A DNA stretch of 64,000 nucleotides from Glaucostegus cemiculus (taxonomy: Eukaryota), in contig CDPCPM010000073.1 of the NCBI GenBank assembly GCA_976551045.1, positions 16,244,001-16,308,000 of the forward strand, in the 5' to 3' direction. The notes below the pieces were generated by a model that did no database searches, had not been told where the DNA came from, and worked only from the letters and a program-made list of their open reading frames with translations. A program made the translations under genes and the position numbers. Below are positions 14,301 through 29,300 of this stretch, piece by piece (within the stretch, counting starts at the first letter, position 1; every line of letters begins with the position of its first letter).

Positions 14301-17300
14301 CTTTGTTGTTTACGTTTTAATTTAATTTTTAAAATTTTTATTTACAGCGTGGTAACAGGCCCTTTCGGTCCAACAAGTCCGCGCCGCCCATTTTAAACTC
14401 CCAAATTAACCTACCCGTACGTCTTTCAGAATGTGGGAGGAAACTGGAGCACCCGGAGGAAACCCACGCAGACATGGGAGAACGTACAAACTCCTTACAG
14501 TCAGTGACGGGAATCGAACCCCGATCGCTGGCGCTGTAACAGTGTCGCGCTAACCGCTACGCTATCATGCCGCCCTGTTCTCCTGATCAATCATAGTGAT
14601 AGAGATTTTGAGATGGTAAAGTTTAAACCAGGGCACCATATACAGTTCTCACATCATCACAACATAAAGACCAAAATCTTTGCCCATCAAATGCAATGAA
14701 CAGACTGAATGAACCATAACTCATCCAACATAGGTGGCCATCAAATACATTCAGTATTTTACTTCCTGTTAAACCTATCTATTACCATTCACCAGTTCTT
14801 TATCTGATATGACCTGAACAATACATTCACCCTCAGGTTTATCAGTGCCAATGAGTTTCCATTTTTCTGCGCCAAACCACATAGGAGCAAAAGAGAGTCT
14901 AGAAACTGCAATGGATCCTGTTGGGTGTGCAGATGGTTGTAACAGCAGCATGCTGATAACTATTTCCATATCGGTTTGTTTTTTAAGCTTCAGTGGTGTC
15001 CAAGACCAAACCTCTCAGGGTGTCAGGGGAGAAGGGGCCATTGGTCACGTGTGATCAGGGCCTGGGGTCACATGACAAGCAAGAGAAGTAGGAAAACAGG
15101 AGGAGGAGGTGTAGGTGAAGAAGATCAGGATTAAGGTCTCTGTCATGGGCCTTGGTCAACTGTGGTGCAGTGGGTCTTTGTCAATTAGAACTGGGGATAT
15201 ACAAGAAAGGGAGAAATCAGAGAAAAATGAAGGGTGGCAGAAGAGATTTGAGCATTTGTGGAGATCAATAGGTTTTGGTGAGATTGGAGGGTATTGAAGG
15301 ATCAGTGGGATTGAAAAGTGGAGGGCATAGAGGTGCTGTGACAGAGCCAAGTTTTGCTCTTCCCTCTATTGATGGTCCAGTGATGCAGTCAGTGGAGCTG
15401 CTGCCTTACAGGGTCTACTGTCCCAGGTTCAATTCTGACCTCTGGTGCTGTCTGTGTGGAGTTTGCACATTCTCCCCATGATCATACAAGTTTCCTTTAG
15501 GTGCTCTGAGTTCCTCCCATATCCCAAAGACCTGTGGGTTGGTAAATTGGTGGTAGACACTGCAAATTTGCCCTGGTGTGCAAATATATGGTAGAATCTG
15601 GGGGGAGTTGATGGGAATGTAGGGAGAATAAAATGGGATTAACGTAGGATGTGTAGATGGATGCTTAGTGGTCAGTGCAGACCCATGGGCCAAAGGCTGT
15701 TTCCATGACTTCAGTTGTGTTGGGAGTTCACAAGAGGTATCAGAATCACAATCAGCCATTGGCGGTGGTTCGGGGACACCTTCACACTGCAGTCCGGGGG
15801 TGATGGGGCCAAAAGATACCACTATACATATGGATTCTCTGCATATAAGCATGTTATACGCTTGGAGGACTTAGAACCAATTCGGCATCCCACGAGAACT
15901 GTAGAGATATTCCTTGATTTATAAATATTTGCCATAACATTATTGACTCTTTAAGAAACGTCTCCTCAACTTACAAATCTATTTCTCATGATAACAAATA
16001 GCTTGCCACTCTCCACCCACAGAAGCTCATTGCCCCAAAATAACCATAACAGATTTGGCACAGCCTTTAGTAACAATGAAATTTTGCTCACCAAAGCATT
16101 TCCAAGAAAGCACCCTTTTGTAACGCAAAGAAAACCCCGTCCAACATTATGGTTGGCAGTGATGTTTTTAAATTCCTTCACACAGCACATAAAAACACTG
16201 CTGTGGCAAAGAATTTCCAAGCCTGTGACTTCACTCGAGGAAATTGCTTTACTGTGTTTACTCTATCATATCCTTTATCCTATTAAGCACCTCAATTAAA
16301 TCATCCCCCTACTTTCAAGGGAGATGAGCAATTTGTCCTCAATGTTTTTGCTTTTTTTCTGCCATTTGTCATCTACTGCTCCACCTTTGCAAAGTAAAAT
16401 ACTTGCTGTTATATTTTTGATTACTGACTTTTATTGGCTCTGGCTACTAATATAACATGTCCTAAATGACTGTCAAACCTCGGTCATAAAAGACTGAGTT
16501 AATGTCTTTGGCACAGTTTTAGACAAAGGAATTTCATTTGAGCGTGTTAAGCCTCTGTCCTGTAAACCAACAGCACAGCTTAACTCAATATGCAACATAC
16601 TGTCCCTGGGCCCCTATTTTAAAGCTATTAATATCTAAAAGTTTCCCATTAACTTAATGCCTCTATTAGAAATGAAAAAATTTTAAAGAAGCAGCTATTA
16701 TTTCAGTTTGTTAAAATTCTTTAAATTGTAAATATGATACTGATGGTGAGGTTTCATGCATCAAGATCTCCTTAATTACTGTGGGCAAACTTTAGGTTTT
16801 GAATTGGGTACCTCCTCCCTGATGCCAATGTTGAACTGGGCCTTACTGTCAATGTAAAATGGCAGCAGCTCCATTCTTTTTCCCCAATCCCCCAACCCAT
16901 AATCTACTCCTTCTTTACATTTTCCTTCCACAGCTCCTTGCTCTAACCTTACCATCAGCTAATTATGGTTGAAAATCAAATTTATAAACAATTAATGATT
17001 AAGTACTTAAAATAATGCATGAACTAATGTGTACATAGAGAACATAGAACATAGATACCTACAGCACAATTCAGGCCCTCGGCCCACAAAGCTGTGCCAA
17101 ACACGTCCCCACACTATTAGGCTTACCCATAGCCTTCTATCTTATTTACCTCCATGTACCTATCCAACGTATGTGTAGCAGTAATGCACATACAACTTAT
17201 TTCAACTCCATCAGTGTGAAAATGGTGCCACTCTGTGGGATAATTAATGAGCCTAGGTTAGGGTGGATCTTTTCAACAAATAATGTTTCCTGCTGCACTT

Positions 17301-20300
17301 AATTATCAGTGGAGGAATTATAGCATCGAGGTAGTGACCCTCTTTGACTCTGTGCCTACCAGATAAACAACACTGGGCATGAACCTTGCAAACACAGCCT
17401 TTTGTCTTCATTGGCTAGTTCCTGAATCTAACACTTCTACAGGGACATATCTGTAAAAACAGTGCATGAGTTGGAAAGCACTGACCATCCTTGGCTTTGA
17501 AGGGAAGGCAGAATAAGCAGCACAGAATGCATACATGAAGATATCTGTCCAGCAGCAATTCTCTTCACTTCCTTTCTGATTTCTTTACTGATTTTTTTGC
17601 AATGTTTTTTCAACCACCAAGTGCCCTGCAACAACTCATGCAAACCCATGAACTCCACCACCAACACAGATGAGGGCAGCAGGCATAAGGAAACACCACC
17701 ACCTATAAATTCTCCTCTAAGTCAAGGACCATCGGGATCTGAAAATCTATCGCCATTCCTTCATGTCACTGGGTCAAAATCCCAGGACCCCGTACCCAAC
17801 AGCACTCTGGCAGGACCTCAGCAGTTCAAGAAGGTTGCTGCCCACCACCGTCTCATGGGTAATTAGGGAAAGCCATTCAAATGCTGGTCTTCCAGTGACT
17901 CCCATATCTCATGTAGGAAGAGGAAAAGCTCCCATATTGTAACAGTGTGTTAACATTTTCTTTCCAATTTCAAGTAATAGGATTCTTGAATTATTTAAGT
18001 TGTTAAATACTCAGAAATGAAGTGTTACTGCCCAGAAATCTTGCCTCTGAGTCAGAACTTATATTTAAAGACTTGACACAGAAGTTACTCTAACTGTATG
18101 AATGAATTGATTTATTTATTTCCTGATATAATTATATTCTTACCACCAGCCAGCCAACTTCAACTTGGCCAACACTACTTTGCCGAGCAGCTGTGCTCCA
18201 TCTGCCATGGTCTCTGGAGCTCCAAGTTGCAAGCCATTTGAACTCCCCTGCCCATTCCCACATAGATGTGTCTGTCCTCAGCCTCCTCCAGTCGGGTGAG
18301 GCCAAATGCAAACTAGAGGAACAGCACCTCATATTCCACCTGGGTAGCCTACAACCCAACGGCATGAAAACTGAATTCCCCAATTTCAGGTAACCTGCTC
18401 CCCCTCTGGCCCTTTCTCTCTCCTCCTGGTCTAGCCAGTTCCTCCTGAACACACCCAACCACTGCCACCCCTAGGCCCCTATTACTCATTTTCTCTCCCC
18501 TTTTCCACCCGCTCCATCTGCCCATCAACACCACACACTCCTCCCAACAGGTCCCCTCCCCCTACTGTTCCCACCTGCCCACCCCACCTTCCTTTATTTG
18601 CTTCCATGCTCCACTTTCCTTTCCTATCAGATTCCATTATATGCCGCCCTTTGTTGCCTCCATCTATCACCTCCCAGCCTCTTGTCACTCTCTTCACCCT
18701 TCGCTCCTCCATCTGTCAATCACCCCTCCTCACCTGGATCCACCTATCATCTATCACGTTTTGCCCCACCCCTTCCTCTCACTTCATTATACTGGCTATA
18801 CCACCACCGCTTCCTCCCCCCACCGCTGCAACTTTCAGTCCAGATGAAGGGTCTTGACCCGAAACATCACCTGTCCATTTCCCTCCATAGATGCTGCCTG
18901 ATCCACTGAGTTCCTCCAGCAGTTTGTTTTTGTTTTGCTCAAGATTCCAGCATGTGCAGTGGTCTATCATGTCTCTGTGGTATTAACCCACTGGGTTTGA
19001 TAATTTGCTGTCCCTTTGGCACCAGATGCTCCTGAAAGTTACGGTGACAGGCCACTGACTGAAGCAAACATGCAGAATGCAATGGCTGTCCAGCACATCC
19101 ATTTAGGTAAAGAGAATTCCTAACCAGGTACTTTTAAAATTTCTGCTGTTGGACCAAGAGGAGCAGGAACAGCTGTCTGAACCCAACTAAAATGATCTGG
19201 GTCACTTTCCCACTGCAGTCTCCCTCTATGCCATAATCGCAACAAACCCTGAAGGCTAGATAGCCCACTTTTTAACTCTAGTCTGCTAAAACTTAATGCT
19301 CTCTCAATATACTTAAAGGAAAATGACTGCTACGCAGGAAAAAGCCCATTCAGAAAGATTATTCCCTCTCATCCCCTTCTCTGGGAAATAAAGCTCAAAC
19401 TTTAAAAGAAAATATAATTGACTTTATAATTTGCATATAGAAGGACACGTCTCACATGTTCTTCACTTATTCAACATTGGCTTTTATTTTCTCTTTTTCT
19501 CATCTGCCCATCCAAAAAATGGTTTTGCTGAGGAAATAAATGTAATTCTTTCATCCTGAATGACATGTTCAATAGTAATAAGCCTTAATTTATAACAAGT
19601 ACAGAAAATGTTGGAGATATTCAGCAGATCAGACAATACGTGTGAAGACACAGAGATAAAGTTTCAGATCAATGACCCTTCAAGACCTCCGATGAAGGGT
19701 CACTGACTTGAACTGTTAACTCTGTTTCTCTTTCCAGAGATGCTGCCCAAGCTGCTGAGTGTCTCCAACATTTTCAGCTTTTATTTTGGATTTCCAGCAT
19801 CTGCAGTTTTTTGCTTTTAACTTATAAGCACTTGCTTTTATATGATGCCCTTCATTTGGTGAAATGGCCCATGGTGCTACACAGGAGCATTATCAGATCA
19901 GACAGAATTTCTTGCCAAGCCTCTAAGAAAATCTTAGGCCATAGCACCAAAACACTTGGTCAAAGAATGGATTCTTAGGTATGCTCCACAGGAGAAGTGA
20001 TAGCAACAACATCAACACATTTAGAGAGAAAATATACTGGGGCCTTGACAACTGAAAACTGGCTGCCAATAGCAGAATGATGGCATTGGGATTAACCTGA
20101 CTGAAAGGAGATGGATAAACACATAATGATTTCACATTATTATTTTCTTTCCTAAAAGCTGAATCTTAACCACTGCAAACAATGGATAGCTAATATATTG
20201 CCCAATAATATTCTTCCACATTCTCACCTCTGGAAATTTTTAATCACCAAACAAGTAAGGATATCAAAAGTAAGATATTTACGAGTGTGTACTTTAATTA

Positions 20301-23300
20301 ACACAGTTGTCTCTTGAATTTCGCACAGGAGATTTAAACATTATTATAAAATCACACCAAGGATTTAAGAACTGCAGCTGTGGGACACAATTTCACAAGC
20401 AAGGACCTTAAGAAGTATAATTAGAGCCAATTAGGATTTATCAAATATACACACTCGGAACAGCAATGGGCAAGGCAGTGTCAAGATTACCAACACCAAA
20501 TGATGGATTCCTTAACTAGGAAGTCTTACATTTACACTTTGCTTCTTGAAACCTCAGGATATCCCAGAGAACTTTACGGCTAATTAAGTAATTTTGAAGG
20601 TAGTCACTGTTGTAAAGTAGCAAACAGGACAGCCAAGGTGTCCATATCAAGTCCCCACAATGTGATAATAAATAGCTATTAAGGCTGATTGAGCAAAAAA
20701 AACTTGCTAGCACATTAGGCTGAAATCCTGGCTCTACTTCAAAATAGTACCAAAGGATCCATATATCCACCTGAGTCTTAGTTTAACATTTTCTCTAAAA
20801 GACAGTGCTATACTCCCTTGGTATTTAACTGGAGTGCCTGCCTAGGTAGTGTGCTCAACTGGGACAAAAACACATAACTTAAAAGCGACAGTGCCAATTA
20901 CTGAACCACAGCTGGCATCTTTAGGAAAGTTTAAACAAAAATTTAAGAGAAGCAAATAGTGATTATGTAGAATGTTCAAGGGATGTCAGCTTACAGCAAA
21001 AATTTCAATGCTTTCTTTAATGTAACATTATCACTAAATAACTCAAGAAAATACAAAACTCTGTGCAGACTTTCAGATGGCTGCAGCAACATACAGTAAC
21101 AGAAGGGTAATAATGAGGGTCACAGACTCACCCTGCAAGCTGTTTTTTCCAGAGCTGATCTCAATCCAGCAGTGGCTAGCCCAATTACAATGAATTAGGA
21201 AAAGGGAAACAATCTGAGCATGATTTGCAGTGTGAATGCCATTAATACTTGTTTCAGAATATGAGCTTAACAAAGAAGCGAACAAGTGTTGGTGCATTCA
21301 CAAGGCACCGATTCATAAATTATCAGGGCATAGAATGGACCACTGTTGCAAGTAGATTAATCAGGAAGTCATAAAATTAATGGGCAGGATCACACTCATT
21401 ATGGCTCACACCTTGCACTTTCACCCCTGCACCCTGAGTGGGATCCATGGCTACACCATGGATAGGCCGCACTGGTGGCCTACACAGCACTGGCTACGAG
21501 TGGTGCCCAGGGCTCAGGTGGTAAAACCTGAAGGCTTGCCCTCAGCACTGCCCTGACAGCTTTAGATAAATCACTACCATCAAAAGAATCTTTCACTGTC
21601 TACAATATTAGGAGACATATAAAACAGTTGAAATGGATTAAAATAAGAAAACAAAATACTTAGAAAAAGATAATAAATGTGGTTAAAATACATTGCACAA
21701 CTGCTGATAATTATAAACATACATTTACAGAGAAGTAAACAAGAGTAAAGAAAGCCCAGGGATACCATTCAATCAAATGGAGTTGCTGCTTGTCCACAAG
21801 CCAGGGCTGGCATGGAGGTGAGTGTCAAGCATCAGGGAGCAGATGGGCAGTGGTTCCTATAGAATGGCTACTAAAATCAAGTGTTATGTGCCCGATATCC
21901 TGCAGATCTGCCTTGTAATGTGGGATATCATCAGACCTATTAACATTGCATTTCATAACTGTGGTGTTCTGACTGGGTAATTAGGACTTATAATTGTAAC
22001 CTTTTTGCACAGAATTTACAGGCACCATGTGCTGTGAACCAAGCTATTTTCTGCAGGAATATATAATCAAAGCAGTTCCCAGAGGGCAATGTAGTGCCGC
22101 ATAGGATAGAAAATTGAAGCAACTGCTCAGTACACTGAAGTGATTTATACTGCAAGGTTTCTTTTTTTTTCCCTGCAAATAAATATGTATCAAGGAAGAC
22201 AAGATACTAGATTTAGAAAAAGATTGTCTGGCCAAAGAACCACTTAATATATTACATACGTATAAATAATTCTTATGGGTAACACACTTTAAGGAAGTAT
22301 ATGGTACAATTTTCCAAAAATATGATAGCCTACAAATTAGATTGCACAACGCTGTTTACTTCACTGCTACATGATTGAAAATGTACTGGCCATGGAGTGA
22401 AGTGGGATAACAACCACCTCCTGGTTATTTTGAATTACTGGAAATTCAACCAGGAATTTCCTTTTATGAGTTACACTTGCACATCCAACACTCACTAAGT
22501 TACATAATGCTCCTTCCGAAGAATCTTATGGAAGATTAGATACATTATCCAAAGGATAACCAATGTCAGGTACTTCCAGAGCAACTAGGACTTCAGAGCA
22601 CCTTAGTGAGATCCCAGTAGTGCAAGTCCTTACTTAGTTTTTATCCTTTGGGTATCACCATATCCTCAGCCCTACAATACTGACCTTCCCACGCCTACCC
22701 CACATCACAGCAGCTCCACAATAACTCCAGGCGCACTCTCTCTCTCTGTCTCCCAAACAGTGTGAAGCACCCTGTAGGAGGAAAAGGGAAAGCAACACAT
22801 GCTGGGAGAAAATGATTTCATATCAGTTTGCAATGTCTGGTTTTGTATAATGCCTTGATATTGACCGATTTGGTCCTTCTCACTGAGATCTCAGTTCTCC
22901 TTTGTACTGAGGCCAATCAATTGAATTAGTTTTGCTTTTGGTCTTATTTTTAATCTTATAGCTGACCTGGTATCAAAATCAGAAATTATCCTCTTTGAAA
23001 CTAGAATATTTTTGAGGTGATAATCATTTCTGAACTTCAGCAGGGATATGTCTGCTCAATGCCTCTTCTAAAATTGATATGTACCTTTTTGATATCTTAA
23101 CAGCCAAATTTGGTGGTAAAAGTTGGTGCTGACTGCTTCTCTGTCCCTGATAAATTCACTTCTATTCTTGGCATTCAATGTATTTGAACTATAAACTGAC
23201 CTTCATAGCACCAAAGAACCCACACATATCATAGCCATTCACAAATTGGTGGGCTTTTGCACTCCTTCCACACAACATTGTGGCCAAGTTTGGAGACAAT

Positions 23301-26300
23301 ACAAGGATAGGTGGAAGGACAGGTGCTGTCATGGAAGCAAGAGGTTTGCAGAAGGACTCGGACGTGTTGGGAGAATAGGCAAAGAAGTGGCATATGGAGT
23401 ACAGGGAAGGGAAGTGTGGGAGTTATGCACTTTGGTAGGAAGAGTAAAGGTGTACACTATATTCTAAATAGGGAGAGAATTCAGAAATTGAAGGTGCACA
23501 AGGACTTGGGAGCATTGAAGGTGCACAAGGACTTGGGAGCATTGAAGGTGCACAAGGACTTGGGAGCCATAGCTCAGTATTCTTTTAAGGTTAACGTGCA
23601 GGTTGAACTGGTAGTAAGGGAGGCAAATGCAATGTTAGCATTCATTTCAAGAGGACTAGAAATCAAAAACAAGGATGTACTACTGAGGCTTGGTAGGGCA
23701 TTGGTCAGGCTGCATTTGGAACACTGTGAGCAATTTTGGGCCCTGTATCTAAGGAAAGATATGCTGGCAGTGGAGAGGGTCCAGAGGAGGTTCACAAGAA
23801 TGATCCCAGGAATAAAAGGCTTAATGTATGAGGATCATTTGACGTCCCTGGGTCTGTACTCGATGGAGTTCTCATTGAAACCTACTGAATACTGAAAGGC
23901 CTGGATAAAGTGGACGTGGAGAGGATGTTTCCATTGGTAGGAGAGTCTAGGATCCAAGGGCACAGCCAGAGAATAAAGGGACGTTCCTTTAAAACTGAGC
24001 TGAGGAGAATTTTTTTTCGGCCAGAGGATGGTGAATCTGTGGAATTCATTGCCACAAAGGGCCGTGGAGGTTCAGTCACTGGGTGTATTTAAGACAGAGA
24101 TTGATAGGCTCTTGATTGGTAAAAGGGTTAAGGGTTAAGGGTTACAGGGAGAAGGCAGGAGAATGTGGGTTGAAAAAATATCCTCCGTGATTGAATGGCA
24201 GACAGATGCAATGGGCCCGATGACCTAATTCTGCTCCTATATCCTGTGGTCTTAGGGGCTAGCATCTGTTTTTTACTGTCATAGACTCACAGAGAGATAC
24301 AGCATGGAAACAGGCCCCGAGACTCACCAAGTCTACGCTGATCATTAACCATTAATCCTACGTTAATCCCATATTTTTATTCTCCCACATTCTCATTACC
24401 TCCCCCCAGATTCTACCACTCGCCTTCATACTAGGGGCTATTTACTATGGCCAGCTATCCCACTAACCAAGTCTACCAACCTGGGTAAATGGTTTAACTG
24501 TTGGACTGCAGCTTTCAGTCACCCATAGTGCTGTTGCTTTTCACTTGAGGTATGGTGGAACTTCCTATCTGGGAACACATTAAATCTGCAGTTAACTACC
24601 TCCTAGATCTCCTGGTCATTCTCATTAAACCAGTCCTGGTTCTTCTTGATAGAAAAGCCACAAGTCTCCTCACAGGTGCTAATTCAGGGCAGTCCATAGA
24701 CTACAGAACTCTGTGGCTCCTGTTGGCTAAAAACTGACAAGTTGTTTGTGAGGTGCTGCCCGAGAAGATCTGCCTTTGACATTCTTGTAACAACATTTTT
24801 CAGTTGACACTGGTGTTTTGGAGCCAGGCTAGTGAAGATGACAGAGAGGATTGCGCAATGATCAGTCTAGCTGTCATCAGAATCCATCGTGGTATGGGTA
24901 ATGCTGACATTCTTGGTTGATAATCTAACAGGAGTCAGTGCCTGGACTGGGCACCTTGCCATGATGCCCCGTGCTTGTCTCTTTGATGAAACAGTGCACA
25001 GAATATTTTCACAAATCCACAATTGCCTTATTCACATCTGGAAGAGGGAGGTGTGCCAGAGGTCCTCATGGTGACCATAAGGATTGACAGTCTTTCAGAA
25101 ACCAATCCAACTGCAGTAACTACAGAAGGGTAGTTCTAGTATCTAACACGGGGAAAGTCATCTCCAGGGTTCTTCTCAACAACCTCCTCACTGTGGCCAT
25201 GTGTATCATCTCCACCCCAGGACCAAGATCATCCCAACCGCAGTTGAGAAGCTGCGGTACACAGAAAAATTTCACATTTTACCATGGTCAGAAACCAAAC
25301 TCCTCCAAGTCATCAATAACTTATTCAGTGAAGCATACAAGAGGATGAACCTTACACTCAACATCCACAAGACAAAGGTTGTCTATCAACCTGCCCAACT
25401 CTATAACACCACCCTATGGCATTAAAGGTTCACGATGAGATCAGAGCAATTCCCACAGCTCAGGAGCAGACACTGATGATGAAACCTACCATCCCCTTAA
25501 GTGCACTAGCACAGCCTTTGGCTGACTGTGGAAAAGAGTGCTTGAAGATCAAGAACCTCAAATCCAGCACAAAGTTCAGGGTCTACCTACAGCAGACACT
25601 TCAAGCCACTGAAAGGATACCACCAATGCTGCCTGTGCAAAATCTTACAAATCCACTGGAAGGATAAGCATTAACGTTCTCTCTCAGGCCAACCTCCCTA
25701 TCATTGAGGCCCCATCACACTTAATCAGTTCCATTCGAGAGGCCACGTAATTAGCATGCCTGACACTCCCCAAAACAGAGTTTATTCCAAGCTCTGTCAC
25801 GGGAAGAAATTACCAGGCAGATACAGGAAAATATTCAGGTCTCCATGAAAAAAAATCACAACCCCACCAACTCCTGGTAATCCCTAGCCCCATCACCACT
25901 CAAAGAGAAGTAGGAACATTAGAAATGGCACGAGGAAATCCATGCATCAGCAGTACATAGAAATCCAGTGTAAACAGCGGAAGGAGTGCACTACCTCATA
26001 AAATACCTACCCGTCGGGCACCTCCTGCGGCAGACGTCTGTGGTTTACAACTTGGCATAATCAGTCACACAAAACTAGGGGGAAGAAAGTCATCCTCAGT
26101 CCGAAGGGATACGCAAGAAAATTTGGGAACAGTGAACCTCCAGAGAAATACAGTAGTCCAAGAATATAAGGCATTAAAAGTCAATGAGTACACACAAAAA
26201 AATTGAAAAGGTTAATGGAATGTTGACCTTTACTGAAAGGGAGCTAGAATATGTAAGTGGTGGAAGCTATTTTACAGTTCTGGTTTGGTCTTGTTTTGAG

Positions 26301-29300
26301 AACTTCATCAGCCCTGGGTTCTTAACTTTGGGAAAAATATTAAGGTTCATCTAATCAGGGCAGTCAGGGTGACGTGGCTATGTAAAATGAGCCGGAATGG
26401 ATTCAGTTCTGCAATCATCCACTGCAGCTCCTGTGAGCTGGACATAATGATTAATATGCCTCATATTCTATCCATTATTCTAACTGATCTGTTACCATAC
26501 CATTTATCAGCTGTTGCTGCTGCTGTATAATCTCACTGCAGAGCGATCGATGTTGTTCATAGCGCTGCACAACAAAGTCTTTTTGTTGTAGGAGATTCTC
26601 TTTCCTCAGCAGAGCTGACTGGATCTCTGTATTCTCCACCTCCAGCTCGTGAACTTTACAGAGCAAACTCATGATCTCTTGCTGCTCCTTATTACTGATG
26701 CACTTTGGTAGCAAGTCCTCCATCTTTGAAACTTTAGCCTTGATTTCCTCCAACTTCTGTTCTAACTCACACTAAGAAACAGAGCAAACAAAGACATTTA
26801 TTGGCTTGGCTTTTCACTGTGAAACATACTTTCTGTCCAAATGAAATAATTAGAACTATATATGAATAATTGATTGCCAATGAACTGATTGTTCAACCCA
26901 TAGGTTTATTTCTGGATGTCCCATCAACATCACCATGTGAAGTACTTTCAACAACTAAGTTGGGCAACTTTTCAGTACTTTAGTCTCTGATCCCAGTGGA
27001 GTAAACCTTCTTCGCCTTTACTTCTGCGATGGTGACTGGGCAGAGCAGATTGCCCATCCACTGAAGAACCCATTGAGCCAAGGTGTTAGAAGGTTGTTGT
27101 TCTAAGCTGCACTCCTGAGACTTGAGCACATCCTCTTCACTGGATCTCTGCTGCACTGCCGTAGGTTTTGTTTTTCAAAGATATTAAACAAAGGCCCCAT
27201 ACACCTAGCCAGTAAAACAAAATATCCCATGCCACCAGTCAAAGAAGACCAGGATAATTCTCCCAATGTCTTTGCTCACTCAACATTTAGAAAAGTAGAA
27301 ATGAGCAAAGTATGCTGTATTTAAACATGTTCTGGTGTGATTTTTCACTATAGTTAGAAAATAGAGGACAATATAGCCCTAAGACACTTTGTATTTCCTA
27401 ATGCTAAATGTTTATCATTGTCTTCAGCCTAATGATATTTTGATAAAGGGGCAATATTCTGGTGCTTCTTTCAGCTCCTTTCATTACAGTTATTGTCAAC
27501 TTTTCCAAATGGAAACATTTATTTACCTTCTAGGGTTGGGATGCTCCTGACTTAACAGATCCTGTTCCATAAGATCTGCCGCTATACTCTTTAATGACCT
27601 TCTCACCGTCAGTGAAACAAATGGCACTGTACCCATTGTGGTTACATTACTGGAATGGCAATCCAGAGGCCTGGACTAATCATCTGGAGACATGAGTACA
27701 AATCATGCATAGCAGGTGGGGAATTTAAATTCTGTTTTTAAATAAATGAGGAATAAAAATCAGGGATCAATAATGGCCAGCATGAAGCTCTGGCCTTAAG
27801 AGCTCGTCTGAAAGCCAGTCATCCTTGCCTGTCATCTGGTCTAAATGTGACTGCAGACCCACAGCAATGTGCTTGACCAACACTCTAATGTGGTCGTCCT
27901 CACAGAATCATACTTTACATCTAACATCCTGGACACATTCATGAACATTTATACCTATGTCCGGTTACCCAACAGGACAGAAACACCAACCATGATGGGA
28001 TTTTGGCAAAGAGTTGGCAAGGAGCTATGGCAGTTCTCAACACTCGACTTTGCATCTCATAAAATTTCATACCACCTCACAGGTCATGAGCAAGGAAACC
28101 TCTGGCTAATTACCATCTATTAACAAAGCTCATTTGGTGAATCAATTCCCCTCCATGTTGAATATCAGTCAGAAAAGGCAACACCGGCGTAAGAGACACA
28201 GATTGTACTTTGACGGGAGACTTCAACATCCATCAGAAGCACACCTACTAACTGAACTAGCCAAGTACTGAAGGTCTTGCAGCCAGACGGGGCCTAGGAC
28301 AAATGGTGAGAGAACCAGTACAAATGGAAAAAATGTATCATTGTCTACACTAACCCTATCTCTCAAAGATACAATTGTCTATAACAGGGGAAGAAGGAGA
28401 GCACAATTCTGTCGGAAGCTACATTCTACCTTCATACGGATGACACCCTCTAACATGTTGTACACCACCTCCACTTTATCAGCTGAGGTGGATTCAGAAC
28501 AGATTGACCTGGGGATCTATTGCAGGCAATCAGAATCAGCAAAATTACATTCCTCAACAACAGTGGAGGCACAGTGGTGGAGAGAATAGAGGAGCTGCCT
28601 CATAGCTTCAGTAAGCCGGGTTCAGTCCTGACCTCCATTGTTGTCTGTACGAGAAACACGATGATGCTGGAAGAACTCAGCAGGCCAGGCAGCATCCATG
28701 GAGGAAGTCAACGTTTTGGGTCAGGACCCTTCTTTAGGACTGCAGATAGGAAAAGGGGAAGACCAGGGAGGGTACAAGGTGGTGATAGGTAGATGCAGGT
28801 AAAGAGATAATGATAGGCAGGTGGGGGGGGGAGGAGGGGAGAGCAGATCCACTGGAGGATGGGTCAAAGGAAGGAGAGAGAGGAAAATAAAGGTAGAAAA
28901 ACAAGAGGCTAGAAAAGGGAAGAAGATAAGAAGCATGGTGGGTGGGGGGAGGGGGGGTTTTGGGGAAGTGGGGTGGGGATTACCTAAAATGGGATAATTC
29001 AATGTTCATGCCGTTAGGCTGCATGCTTCCAAGACGGAAAATGAAGGGCTGTTCCTCCGGTTTGCACTTGGAATTCTGCTGGCAGTGGAGGAGGCCGAGG
29101 ACTGTCATATCAGTGACAGTGTGGGAGGGGGAGTTGAAATGACTGGCGACGGGGAGTTACCATCTGCATCCCGTTTGCAGTCACTTCATCACCTTGTGCC
29201 CACCCTGCCTCCCCTCTTTTGTCCACTTATCACTGCTCTGCTTTTCCCTCCTAGATATTGGGCTTCCCATCTTCAGTCCTGAAGAAGGGTCCTGACCCAA

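Noticed and set aside
23487-23567. 27-bp direct repeats as a CRISPR array
   Set aside because: No spacers, head-to-tail inside a CR1 RT, eukaryotic context, no cas genes.
24122-24150. Telomere-like repeat
   Set aside because: The unit is 7-bp AGGGTTA, not TTAGGG; it is a local duplication of CR1 3' sequence also seen near 45957.
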